Shown: positions 38,875 to 50,035 of the stretch, piece by piece
Position numbering within the stretch: position 1 is the stretch's first letter
Layout of the letters: every line of letters starts with the position of its first letter
From: Phoronis australis
Lineage: Eukaryota; Animalia; Phoronida
Direction of reading: 5' to 3'
Assembly: GCA_002633005.1 (NCBI GenBank)
Contig: NMRA01000630.1
Span: forward strand, 124,001 to 188,000
Length of the DNA stretch: 64,000 nt
The notes under the pieces: generated by a model
The model's database searches: none
What the model saw: only the letters and a program-made list of their open reading frames with translations
Told to the model about the DNA's origin: nothing
Made by a program: the position numbers and the translations under genes

Positions 38875-40545
38875 AGGAGAATGCCACCCGATTTAATAAG
38901 TCTTTTTTACCGTCTTGATCGGTCTATATCCACATCGCCTCTTACGGTCGACTTCACCTTGCCGAGAGATGTCGCATTAACCTGAAGGTGAGAAGCGACG
39001 CAGCGACGTCAATGGTTCGTCTGCAGAGTGAATGCCGCTATATTGCGGTGCAACGGTTCCCGCTTGTCCGAACTATGAAGCTGCGAAGAAAGCGGGTATA
39101 TCGTTTTTTTTTGACTTCCTCGAGAGCCCGAAATGCTTAGGAAGTGGCTAGCGGTAGTGATGAATGAAAGGTACGCTGTTAATAGCAAGTATGAGGCCGT
39201 GAAACATCTCCGTGTGTGTGGCCGGCATTTCGTCGACAGTGATTTCTCTGACGAATTCCGGCTTACCAAAGAACTATCCATACGTTCCGTTGCCTATGCA
39301 TGTTCACGGCACCTATCTGGTATTTCTTGATCAGTGCATTTCGGTTCGAATTTTGCTGATAGCCTGTGAAACCTAACGATCGGACCCGTGAAGTCTTCGT
39401 CGGAGGAGTTCCTGACTAAGTCGGGATTGGTGTCGTGTAGACGTTTATTATTCTGCGTTCTGTTTCAAAATGAATTATTTTCATCCTAAAATGATCCTAA
39501 CCAATGCTTATATGAAACTGAAACAAAGTCTGTCTCAAGTCGATACAATTTGTAATGCCTTGGAGTGCTCGTGAGAGCAAATGTTTTGAGAAGCCAGCAA
39601 TGAATAAACCACTGCGTTACCGGCTTTTGATGCCGGCAACAAAGGTAACTGATCGGGCACCGGGGGCGTGTGAACGCATACTAATCCAGTGTTTGCTGAC
39701 AGAAAGCTGTTGTGAAACAATTACTCGATTTTATATGCTATGGTCACGTATTAAGGGAATCTTTATTTAGAAATACAAATACATCATTCAAATCATTGTT
39801 ACTGTACAACCTTTGCCCTGACGGTCTGTGGAAGGGGAACCCGACTTCGCGGCCCCGGACAAGTAGATTTTCAGTTTCGTGGCTAATTCACATTACGTCG
39901 TGTTCAATGCGTCCGTGCCCGTGTTTATGAGTCCGTTGACCGTGTAGTTTAGGTACCTTGTATTATAGTCTTTTTGTGACTGGAGGTTTAGTTTCCAACT
40001 CAAGCTGGTTTGTGTTCGTGCCAGTCCCGGCGGCCGCGACGGGCCTGATCGGGTTCCGAGCCACTGACCGGGATAACGAGCGTTTTGTGTGTTTAGAACT
40101 AAAAAAATCACAAGTATAAACAACACAGATCTAGGTTCTCCTGTCTGTATTTCACGGAGAATACTTAGAATTTATCTCCGAACAGAACCCAAACTCCTGC
40201 TACGAACCTTGGTAAATTGGCCTGCCGAACTTTGTAGGTTACGGTGAGTCCAAATACCAGTAAATCCGACGTAACAGAGAAATAAAACAACACGTTTTTA
40301 TTAGAACTGGGTGTATTTTTAAAGGTTTTACATCGAAGTTTGACGATTTATTGGTGTTAAACGATGACTTCAAGCGATAAGCTGACACCAATAAACTGCG
40401 TGTGAAACCAATTACGTTATTGGATAATTTCAACACCTCCGTCTGCGTCAGGTGTCAGGTAACGCAACCGAACCTGCCGTTATCGAGTAGAACTTCTCGA
40501 TCTAAATTGATACAAAGTGGGTTGTTTTTTTGGTGGCATTCTCCT
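38875..40545 (+). mobile_element. Kolobok-type DNA transposon relic (1671 bp) with a degenerate THAP zinc finger
   Basis: Perfect 14-bp TIR AGGAGAATGCCACC / GGTGGCATTCTCCT, flanked by TTAA (38871-38874 and 40546-40549). Internal disrupted THAP: LPREPEMLRKWL...HLRVCGRHFVDSDF (about 39020-39270). Confidence 0.85.
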
Positions 40546-40573
40546 TTAATCATGCACAAAGGACAGCAGCGTT

Positions 40574-40813
40574 CACGTGCGCACCCAGCGGGGGGCTCGA
40601 ACGAATCCCCCATTTGGCGAAGTGGGCAAAAAGGTCCGCCTCAGAGAAACAAAAAGTGCGAGAAAACGAGACAAAAGTTAACTAAAAAGACACAGACGCA
40701 CACTTCTGAAGGTGGTACCCCGTGTTTTTTTAGTCCTCTCGATGTTTTGTCAGCAAAAGGTCCACAGCGACAGATTTTCGAGCCTCCCATTTTCAAGGCT
40801 AGGTGCGCGCATG
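40574..40813. mobile_element. Second copy of the 30279 MITE family
   Basis: Colinear similarity to 30279-30550 (GGCTCGAACGA..CCCCATTTGG..GAAGTGG..CCGCCTCAGAGAAACAAAAAGT..GGTACCCCG). Ends CACGTGCGCACCCA / TAGGTGCGCGCATG. The TSD is not preserved. Confidence 0.85.
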
Positions 40814-41297
40814 TTTTGATTGCTATTTTTCTTAAAACATTGTTGCTTTGATACAATGACGTGAGAGATGATTTGTACGTCAATTATCATGAAATTCCCG
40901 TAGCTCTATTACGTACATGTATGAGGTTGTGATCGATTTTTTAATTTCGCGTGGTAAAGCAAGGTTAAAACAAGAAAGTACGCTTACTTTTGAGAAATGT
41001 AAAAATGACGTCAGTCAAAAAAAAAATTTAAAAAGCAAACAGCATTACACAAGAGCGAAGATTTTATGTACAGATGGACAGTTACCGCTGTCAGTAAAAA
41101 TACATGGAGAAAACGATGAGACATGAAGACATTAAAATGTAAAAACGACAAAAAATGACCTTCATGCACTTGAACAGCAAAAACAGTTTAGTGCTACGGG
41201 GTTTGGGAATAGTTTTGTTGTGTCAGTTGCTGTTACTGTCTCTCAGTGTTTGGGGGTGTTTCAAGTTTCTGTGACTCTAAATCTATTAATGGCCACA

Positions 41298-41460
41298 CAA
41301 AGGCAGATCCAGTGGGGTTAAGGGAGTTCGGACCCCAACTTTTTCCCCCGGATTTTAGTGATATCAAATCCAGAATTTTCTAATTGCTGACTCGAGCCAC
41401 CTCTTTTTAAAAATCCTTGATCCGCCCCCCCCCCCTTTAAAAATCCTGGATCTGCCCCTG
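41298..41460. mobile_element. Short degenerate GGCGGATCCAG-type MITE
   Basis: AGGCAGATCCAG...CTGGATCTGCCCCTG, with a duplicated right end. No TSD. Confidence 0.5.
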
Positions 41461-41859
41461 TTGAGTCGCTTTTTGGGACTTTTTCATGTAAAGGGGCACT
41501 GACCCTTTACTTGAATGTAAAATGTCATAAGGTGTGAATTTTCGAAACAAAGATTTGGACCCGTGTTTGGATGACGTAAGAGTGCAGTTTTTGGACACTG
41601 ACGTAAGAAACATTTGATGGTTGCAGGAGGAAAATCTGTCAATTTTTCGATTTTATTTTAAAACAAAGTTTGTATGTTAAAAGTTTTAATAACCAATTGT
41701 TAATTGATATTAGCAATTGTAATATTGGGGGCAGAAAGCTATCTCCGCCCTCAACCAAAAGATTGAGGTGCGCCCGTCATCCCNAGGATGCAGGATTGCA
41801 GAGATATTTTTTAAACTTTGTCATTAAAATTGGGCTCAACATTATTTTGCGTTTCCTGA

Positions 41860-43027
41860 TCTACTCGTGGAAGACATTGAACAGTTTGTATGCAAGTTGT
41901 ATAGCGACTCATCATCGGCAGTTAAAAAAGCACGCTTCCACATACTCAGGTTGAAATCTGTGATGGAATCATCTCTGCTTCCTAATCGTGATTGTTTGCT
42001 GTTACATGCCAAAAGAACAAACTACCAGTGTGCCATTCACAAACGAGCCTTGCAACAGCATGTCAGTGCACCATCTCCAGTTCAGTGGTAACGGGTGACT
42101 TTTGGAGTAGGGTAGCCTGAATTTCCACTGGATGACTATGCCTTTAGCCCCTGAAAATGTCATGAAAAATGTTAATTGTATATGTAAAAAGAGTGGTTGT
42201 AGTACAAAAGTGTGCTCTTGTTTGAAGTGGAGCATGCCATGTTCAAAGTTGTGACTGTCGAGATTGTGAACACGGTGTCTCAAGAAACGACTTTTGATGA
42301 CACTAAGAATGAATATAAACAATGGAGTTGATGAGCAAACTTTTAAAGCGTGTGCTATGTTGTTGAAAAAGTTAAATTTGTTGCCTAATGGAAAATATAT
42401 ACATTTTATCATGCTTATGGATGTCAGGACTGAACGGTGTATTGTTCCCTGTGACTGTTGACTATGAACTGCAATGTGAAAAATGATTAATTGTGACAGT
42501 TAATGAAAGTAATGGCAATTAATTCATTGCAGAAACGTTGGAAATGTATGTTGTTTGTTCATATGTAGGTTGTGATATCAAATCTTTATCAAGTTCCAAA
42601 TGGTTAACACTAGTATAACAGTTATTGTTCTTTTGGTAGTTCAGAATATAGTAGTACGTTTTCTGGCCAACAGGAGACGCTGCTAAAACTTTCCTAGTCT
42701 TTTTTGTGTAATTTTCCACCTAATATCATAATATATGTCACTTTTCTTGTCCAGTAACTTCAAATGAACTAAACCCAATCAAATTATCTTTCAGTTTGGG
42801 TCTAGTGTTGTTGGTTTTTGAAGATTGGTTTTCTGTGCCAAATTTTGCAAAAAATCAGATTTTTATGACAAATTTGTCGAGAACGTGCGAGTCAAACCTT
42901 GGGAGCTTTATAGATTCTTAAAGTATAGTACTTATTGACCTTATAAATACCAAAATTATCTTGCCCCCAAAAAGTAGCCACGGAAGTGATTTTCTGGGCT
43001 TCCTAGAGTCGAAAGGACCATGGCCTA
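41860..43027 (+). mobile_element. 3' fragment of an Academ(X)-like DNA transposon (C-terminal Cys-rich CXC zinc finger)
   Basis: IEQFVCKLY...ARF...LLPNRDCLLLHAKRTNYQCAIHKRAL...PSP, then after a frameshift WMTMPLAPENVMKNVNCICKKSGCSTKVCSCLKWSMPCS. This tail is typical of large XPG/Cys8 transposon proteins. Putative terminus ...GGACCATGGCCTA at 43027. The superfamily assignment is recalled, not searched. Confidence 0.65.
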
Positions 43028-45089
43028 CTCAGCAGGCCGCCAATAGTACTCAAGGTCACACAGCATGATGTCCGCTGTCATTGGTCCGGCCAATAACAAC
43101 ACAAGAGGTTTTATCAATGGAGCTCGCGCAGCGCGAAGAAGTTCCTCAACAATTTACGGTTACTGTCCCTTTGTTTTCTCATATTCCGTTGCGGCTGGTG
43201 GCTAAGTTAGCCGAAATCAGAATTCCTTGGACAAGACGAGGTTGTGCATGCCGGTCTTGAGGCTCGATCTAAGGCATCCGAGTACCTGCACGCGGGCACT
43301 AACATCTGTGCACAACTTCATTCGCTGCACTTGTGTGTTCGTGTGGATATGGCCACCTAAAACAAAAATTCTGGTAAGTGATTTCGTTTCAGATATCGAT
43401 TGAATGTGTGATTTAGCAAAATAATCTCTTCGCGATCCTAATAATTTCAATTAAAACCGATATGAATTACGTGTTCTGGTGTCAACAGCAACCTTATCAG
43501 GTTATTCCATGGCAACATCGCCTTGTTACTATACCATTCGCTCGAATGCCGGAAAATTGGTTGGGGAAAACGCATGGACTACTACCCTGGCGGCTGTACT
43601 GTTTCTGTAGCTGAATCTAACCAACTAAGACAAATTACTGATGGAGCCAATGTACGATGCATAAAAGTGACGAGTATGTGTAAACCAACTAACATCGACG
43701 TTGAACCGATGTCTATGGCAATATCGAGATGTCAGTTCTTTTCAAACCCAAAAATTCTCAGTAATCTGCTCATGCAATATCCACGTTCATAACCCGAAAT
43801 AGTACCATACACGTCGCATTAGATTATACTGCAACTCCTCTGTCCATCAACGGTCGGACAGGCCGCTAAATTGGAATTTTGTTTGCAGCATCGGATATAT
43901 ATATAGATATGTAGGAGTCGTACTTGGAACATCACTTTACAAGAATAGAAAATCACCTTTCCATTAACGTGTATTTTGTTGTTTAATTTTCACGGTTTAC
44001 AATTTAAACTATTTTAAAATCACGCGCTAATAGCAATCGGAATTTGATCATATATTGAAACTTGGAAGAAGAAAAGGTGGACACGTTGATATCTATTTTA
44101 TGACGGTAGGTGGCGCAGAGCAATTTATAGAAGTTTCTCGCTTTGGCACTTGGAATACCGGGATTTTTTACCTGTCTTTGACGGCGATTCTACAATCTAG
44201 CAGAGGCGAAGTAGCTATGTAGACGAAGATGTAACGATGCATATCTTGAAAGCTTAGTATGAGGTTACAAAGCTGACAATATATTTCCGATGGTAGCCAC
44301 CCAGCCAAAACGAGATAAATCTTTCAAATAAAATATGGATGGCTTATATTAGAAGGAACGAATACAGGAGTCACATTGGGAGGATTTGCACAATTATTTC
44401 TCTTCTAGGTTCGCTCACGTGTCGCTCCTGTCCCGTCTTCTTATTATTTGCTGAAGATTAGACATTGTGCTGTATTCTATTGTTTTTTGTTGGCTGTTAC
44501 CAAGCTTCGTTATTATTATTTATACTTTTTGCCTTTTCGTTAGACACTGAGTTCTTAACGACCTGTGACTTAGGTTCTGTTGTAGTTTCTAAACACCAGT
44601 TAAAATTATTGTCAAGACGAATAACTAGGCCTGCACTTTCACTCAGGGTGTTCGATGGAAACAGGAACCCCGGTGTAATTCAGATATCACGAACTCTGAA
44701 ACAGACTTCTACACGCCTCGGGGATCAGACACGAAACCCGGAGAATTTTTCACATCTCCCGTTGTTAATATTTAGTTATTTTCAGATTGTTCAATAATTT
44801 CTCCAAAATATTTTCAAAAATTAAAACCAAAAATGATATTTCGACTTTCTATTACCATTGTTGATTTTAATCGATTAAAATTCTTTTAAAAATCTTTACA
44901 GTGTCGAGGGCGCAATTATTTTTGGCACAATAAATATCCGGATTTTAAAATGGACCGCGAGAATTATTCACTCAGAATACCTGCACTGTTACCAATTTCA
45001 CCGTTATTGTCCTCAAAAAGTTTGCTTCAACTCCTCATTGATAATTAAAACGGAATTTGCGGAATTTCTGAACTCAACACAATCACATT

Positions 45090-45365
45090 CTTTTTTGGCG
45101 GACCACTGCTACAAAATTTGTTTTGAAATTCGGTTTTGCTGGTATTAAAGTACTAAAAGCTTGTAAAGAAGTGAAATCAGTTTCGATAATTTGTTGAGAC
45201 ATGCACGCATCCTCGTGGCCGAGAAGAAAAGTTGATTGAAAAATCGGGGAAAAGAAACTAGCCAATAGGTGACGTAATTCATGGCGATGAAAGCCGACGC
45301 AATAGTTTTTACCACAACTTTAGCAGCAGAATAACGTAGAACGCCAATTCGTTGTTTAAAATTAT
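45090..45365 (+). promoter_or_regulatory. Candidate proximal promoter of the cyclin gene (E2F-like, CCAAT, CRE-like sites)
   Basis: TTTGGCGG (about 45093), CCAAT (45262 and 45344), GTGACGTAA (45269). Motif matches only. Confidence 0.35.
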
Positions 45366-45878
45366 CATATAGTGAAACAACAAATCGCAACAACTACTGG
45401 AAATAGGAAGATTTATTTTTCATTAAACAATGTTCTACAGAAAATGCCCCGGTTTCCTATCCCTTCCCGGGGCTCCCGATTTAAAGGTCAGAGTTCGTAC
45501 TTTTCGGACTGGTTCACTGTTTTGAAGGTGCCGGAGTTCAATTTCGACTGCGGGAGGTCTGTTTTCACCGAGGTCCCTGTTTCGGTGGAACACCCTGTTC
45601 ATCGCGGCACTTTTGAGAACAGGCTGGTTGGCGGACCAAGGGTTGCATCCCGTGAAGAAAAACACTCACGAAGATGGGCTTGTGGAAAGAAAATACTTCG
45701 TTTCCTCCCAGTCTCTCGTGCACTCGCTTTGGTAACCGTCTACGCTAGTAAGGCCAAATTTACTAGGACATTTCACTCCTTTGATCTGGCGCTAAACTCG
45801 CTAGAAACTTACTCCACTGAACGCACCCTTAAAACGGTTCCTTCCGTAAACAAATGAGCATCAGTTATACTTGCAGGA

Positions 45879-48800
45879 ATGGACGTATCCGATGAGTGCT
45901 TGCGATGTCACGAAACTGACTTGGATGCGAGTTGTAGTCCAGCTGACAACGAGCAGGTGGGGCCAGGTAAACGCTCTTCAAAAAATTACTTCTGTCCTCC
46001 CAAGATAGCAGAGAACTATAAAATAAAGTACATGTAGCTACATGTACACTTACCTCAACAAGGTGGAGACAACCTTCGTATTTGTAATGAATATTTGATT
46101 AAGCTTAGTCCATGGTATTTAAAGATTGACTGCTTTATAAAACGAAGCAAACCTGTAAACTCCAGATTTATTAAAATTATTTCTAGATATTGGTGATTCA
46201 ACTTGAGGAAATAAACAGAGCTTCAAAGTCTAAAACTTTTAATTTTAATTTTTGAATCCCTGACGGTACCCTATCGTGCAAAGCTGTACTGAATTCAAGT
46301 GCAACTGTATGGCTTTTGACGTGCAAAGCTGTACTGAATTCAAGTGCAACTGTATGGATTTTGACGTGCAAAGCTGTACTGAATTCAAGTGCAAATGTAT
46401 GGCTTTTGGCGTGGTGGAGTCAACGGCATCGCGATTAGAGTCAAACTTTTTTCAGACGAGGTTCTCGCCTCAGAATCGAAAAACCAATCGCTGTACTCGG
46501 AGAGAAAAGCTGCCAATACCTACCGACGAGCTGCAAAAGAATGCCGACTCCTGGAACACGAGCACTTTGCGGACCTGTTGTCCGACATTTACCGTTACCA
46601 AAAAGATCTCGAACGGAAACATCCGGTTGACTGTTTAAGAATGCAGCCACAGGTATGCCCTTAATAATATACTACCGTGAAATATCTTCAGTTTGCGACA
46701 CAATATGGCTGACTATCAGCGAAATTTCCTATTTGAAAATTCTCGAAAAAAGTAACAAATCTTCTAAGAGAGTTTTTCTTCTTTGTGTGCGTTTGTTATA
46801 TGGTAGATCTGTGTTTAATATAAACTTTTTGAGTATTTCCAGGAATATAGTAATTCTTCGTTTCAACAATCTTGTGCCTACATATTTACACGCGGCTGCA
46901 TTATGCCGACGTCCCGTCCTTTCGTCCATACGTCCAGCGTTCAGTACTGATTCTCTTAAACCCATGGATGGAAATTCGTGAAATTTTGCAAATGTGTCGC
47001 AGCATCGGGACACATTGAGCAATGTTTATATTCCTGTGATTGGTCACAGCGCCCCCTACGAAGAGCCTTTCACCTCAGAATAATCAGAGAGTGTACACAG
47101 TTGTCCATAAGTGGTACAACTCTACATAGTTGTATGCACAAAAATCGGTTAGCCAGTTTTCCAGAATCCCCTAAAGCCTACATTGTCGTATAGTGAGTGA
47201 GGTGAATTTTGAAATCATTCTGTAGTCGTCAGCAGCCTTCTAATTGTGCACAAGAGACGGATGATTTGAAACTTTTAAAATCAATAATCACAAACTATAT
47301 CGGATTTATTACGCAAAAGGCAAGTACTAGCAGGAAGTTGAATACAGAAACGACGCTAGAGGCAGCATGAGCGACTCTGTGTCATGCACTTTGATGTGAA
47401 GTGAGCAGCCGGGTATTGTATTCTGTTCTACTCTGTTTGACTAATGTACCTGAGGATGATACGTCGTTCATGCTACACCTTGCTGACGTTCTTTTGTAGT
47501 TTTCAACCTGATTTAGTCAAAAACTAAAAATAGCTTTTAAAACTTCCGCACGCGTAGGCCTATTTGAACTAAATTCATATTGGACATCTAAGTATCTTTT
47601 GCATGCAGTGTGTTTTGAGTGTATTATTGCCTCTCTTTGTAGATTACAACGAAAATGAGAGAAATTGTTGTAATGTGGATCATTAGAACTGCGCATGCTC
47701 AGCGCGTGCAACTGAGTACCATCTTCTTGGCAGTGAATGTCATGGACCGATTTTTGAAAAAGATGGCCGTCGCCACCGACTGCTTACACTTGGTTGGGTT
47801 GACGTCCTTGCTGATCGCGGCAAAATACGTGAGAAGTTTTGTTAATCAGTGTAGAAGAATTCTTGGATAAGTGAAACGAGTCCGGGAAAATGCTGGATGC
47901 GTCATTTGACAATTTAGTTTCCTTTTGTTAGTGTTACAGCACAGCAAGACACATGTTCCTGGGAGTTGTTTCTATTTAAGTTGCAAATCACGTGTCTACT
48001 GGTTGACCAGTTACTCATAAGGTAACGGTCTAGCACAGTGTGCCTATCTTGCATTGGCGATATCTCGCAAAAGTGCCAGTGTCGGGAAGAGATTGCAGTG
48101 ACCTCAGAGTTAAAATGACGTCAAGGAAAGTGACGTAAATGTGTACTTGTTCTCTTGTTATCCTTTGTCTCGCAAAAAGTCTGTTGGTCTACTGTTGTAA
48201 ATCCATGCATGACACGAGAACTGTATGCGTCTGTGATCTTACTACCTTTCACTAAAGATAAAAAACAAGGGAACCTATGCTATGTAGGCCTAGTAGGGCC
48301 TACAAAGTAGAAAGTAATCAGACAAAGTACCGTATTCCCCGTCACGGTGGCTAATTTTGTTAACAGCAAGAATGCTGGTAATTACTAGTAGGGTGCGTGA
48401 AAATTTTAATTTCAGAATGGCTTGTCCTCCTTACTAATTTTTGGTTGATTTTCTGTAATTCTCTGTCATTAGGGAAGGCCTACGTGACAAAATTCGGCTT
48501 CTAACCAATAGCCATAACGCCATCGTGACGAGTAATTCCGAGTTACTTTGTATGGATACACATTTGGCATGTACTATACCTAGCAAGTCAGTGTAAGCGT
48601 ACACTCTGCTCGCAATTTTAGAAAGCTCTCCTTTGATGACGTCATGTATGTTTACATTAAACTGTTTCTTGCTTCTTTTGGGACGAGTAAGTTTGCAGAG
48701 TGAAGTTCTATTGGCCATTGTTTGGCCCGGGGATCTTGATTTATGGGCGACTGAACAAGATTTTATGATGCGTTTACCGACTTTGGTCTTACCTTAAGCT

Positions 48801-50035
48801 GACTAACAGGCCGATTATAAATTAATCATCGAATGAATGTTTGAATTTCAGCATGAAATATACCCACCGGAAATCAATGATCTTCTGCGATTGGTTGGCT
48901 GTGATAGGCCTAATAGATATGGCCGCGAAAGGGTGCTGAGACTGGAGGTGATAATGTTGTGTCGGCTGCAATTCGACTTGCACACTTCTACCCCGCTGTT
49001 CTTTTTAGAGTACCACGCCTCTTCCAGAATATGCCTGGCAAATCAGTCTCCCGAGTGGTTCTCGTGTTCCAGTTCGACAATCATGTACGTATGACAAAAT
49101 CTTGAAGCCGACCTCGCATATTGGATCGACCGTATCCCATACTCAAATGCCGTGACAATTCCCGCCGAGATTCGACTTATGCTGTCACTTTCAGATTCAC
49201 TCCACAACGCCATGTTTGAACTAAAGTGCTTCCTTCAAGGGTTAATTTTCATTGTATAAAGCAGGGGCGGATCCAGGATTTTGAGTTAGGGGGGCCGGCA
49301 GGGCACAAGAATAACCAGAATTTCGGCAGATGCGCTTGCCCAGCTTAAAATCTGGGGATACAGGGGAATTATTGGGTTTGCGGACCTGTTGACTAATGAC
49401 TAAAAAAAAACGCGGAAAACGGGGTTTGGTCAGGGCCTATGCATTGTTTATTCGCCGGTTTATTCACCCCCCGAGCCACCGTGGTTGCGCGCACGTCCTA
49501 GTCAGCAATTCGCACCCGAACTCCCAAATGGTATCTGGTAGAATTTTAGGGGGGCCCTCTTGCCCTTCCTAAATCTGCCACTGTAAAGCAGTTGAAGGTT
49601 GGTAATTTTATTGTCCTTGTCGCGCTATGTACTGTACGACACCAGACCTCACTTTATTTGTTTTGTCTACTTCTAATACAAAACTGACCTGTTTGCATTC
49701 TCTCTTGCAGTACAATACGTGCACTTGCACGTTGCATTCTAGAAAGGTCATTACTCAATTACAACTTGATGCAACTTGCACCGTCTTTACTTGGAGTCGC
49801 AGCACTGGAACTAGCAGACAGGATTTTACAGACATCTACCAAACCATCTAATGAATGGCTTGAATTTGGACCACGTGACTTGAGGCACGAATTAACTGGA
49901 GGTTTCTCGATGGAACAACTTAGCCACTGTCTGAACGCAATGGATTCGATCGCCTCATTTTACGAGGACAATCCCAGAGAAGTTTTGACAGGAATTGGGA
50001 ATGATCCTCACGTCTATGATCTTGGCGATTACTGA
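45879..50035 (+). CDS. CCNO: Cyclin-O-like cyclin (342 aa)
   Basis: Exons 45879-45966, 46456-46652, 47643-47828, 48852-49084 and 49711-50035 have consistent phases (1029 nt). Cyclin box QPQITTKMREIVVMW...LAVNVMDRFL..AVATDCLHLVGLTSLLIAAKYHEIYPP; LEVIMLCRLQFDLHTSTPLFFLE; ALARCILERSL..APSLLGVAALELADRIL. These resemble cyclin O more than cyclins A/B. The start codon is less certain. Confidence 0.82.
46276..46410. repeat. Tandem repeat, 45-bp unit x3, in a cyclin intron
   Basis: GTGCAAAGCTGTACTGAATTCAAGTGCAACTGTATGG(C/A)TTTTGAC x3. Confidence 0.95.
49262..49583. mobile_element. MITE with 5-bp TSD in cyclin intron 4
   Basis: Ends CAGGGGCGGATCCAGG / CCTAAATCTGCCACTG, TSD TAAAG (49257-49261 and 49584-49588). 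Confidence 0.8.

Noticed and set aside
46276-46638. 120-aa ORF with QSCTEFKCNC repeats (metallothionein-like appearance)
   Set aside because: It arises from a 45-bp intronic tandem repeat running into the cyclin exon in the wrong frame.
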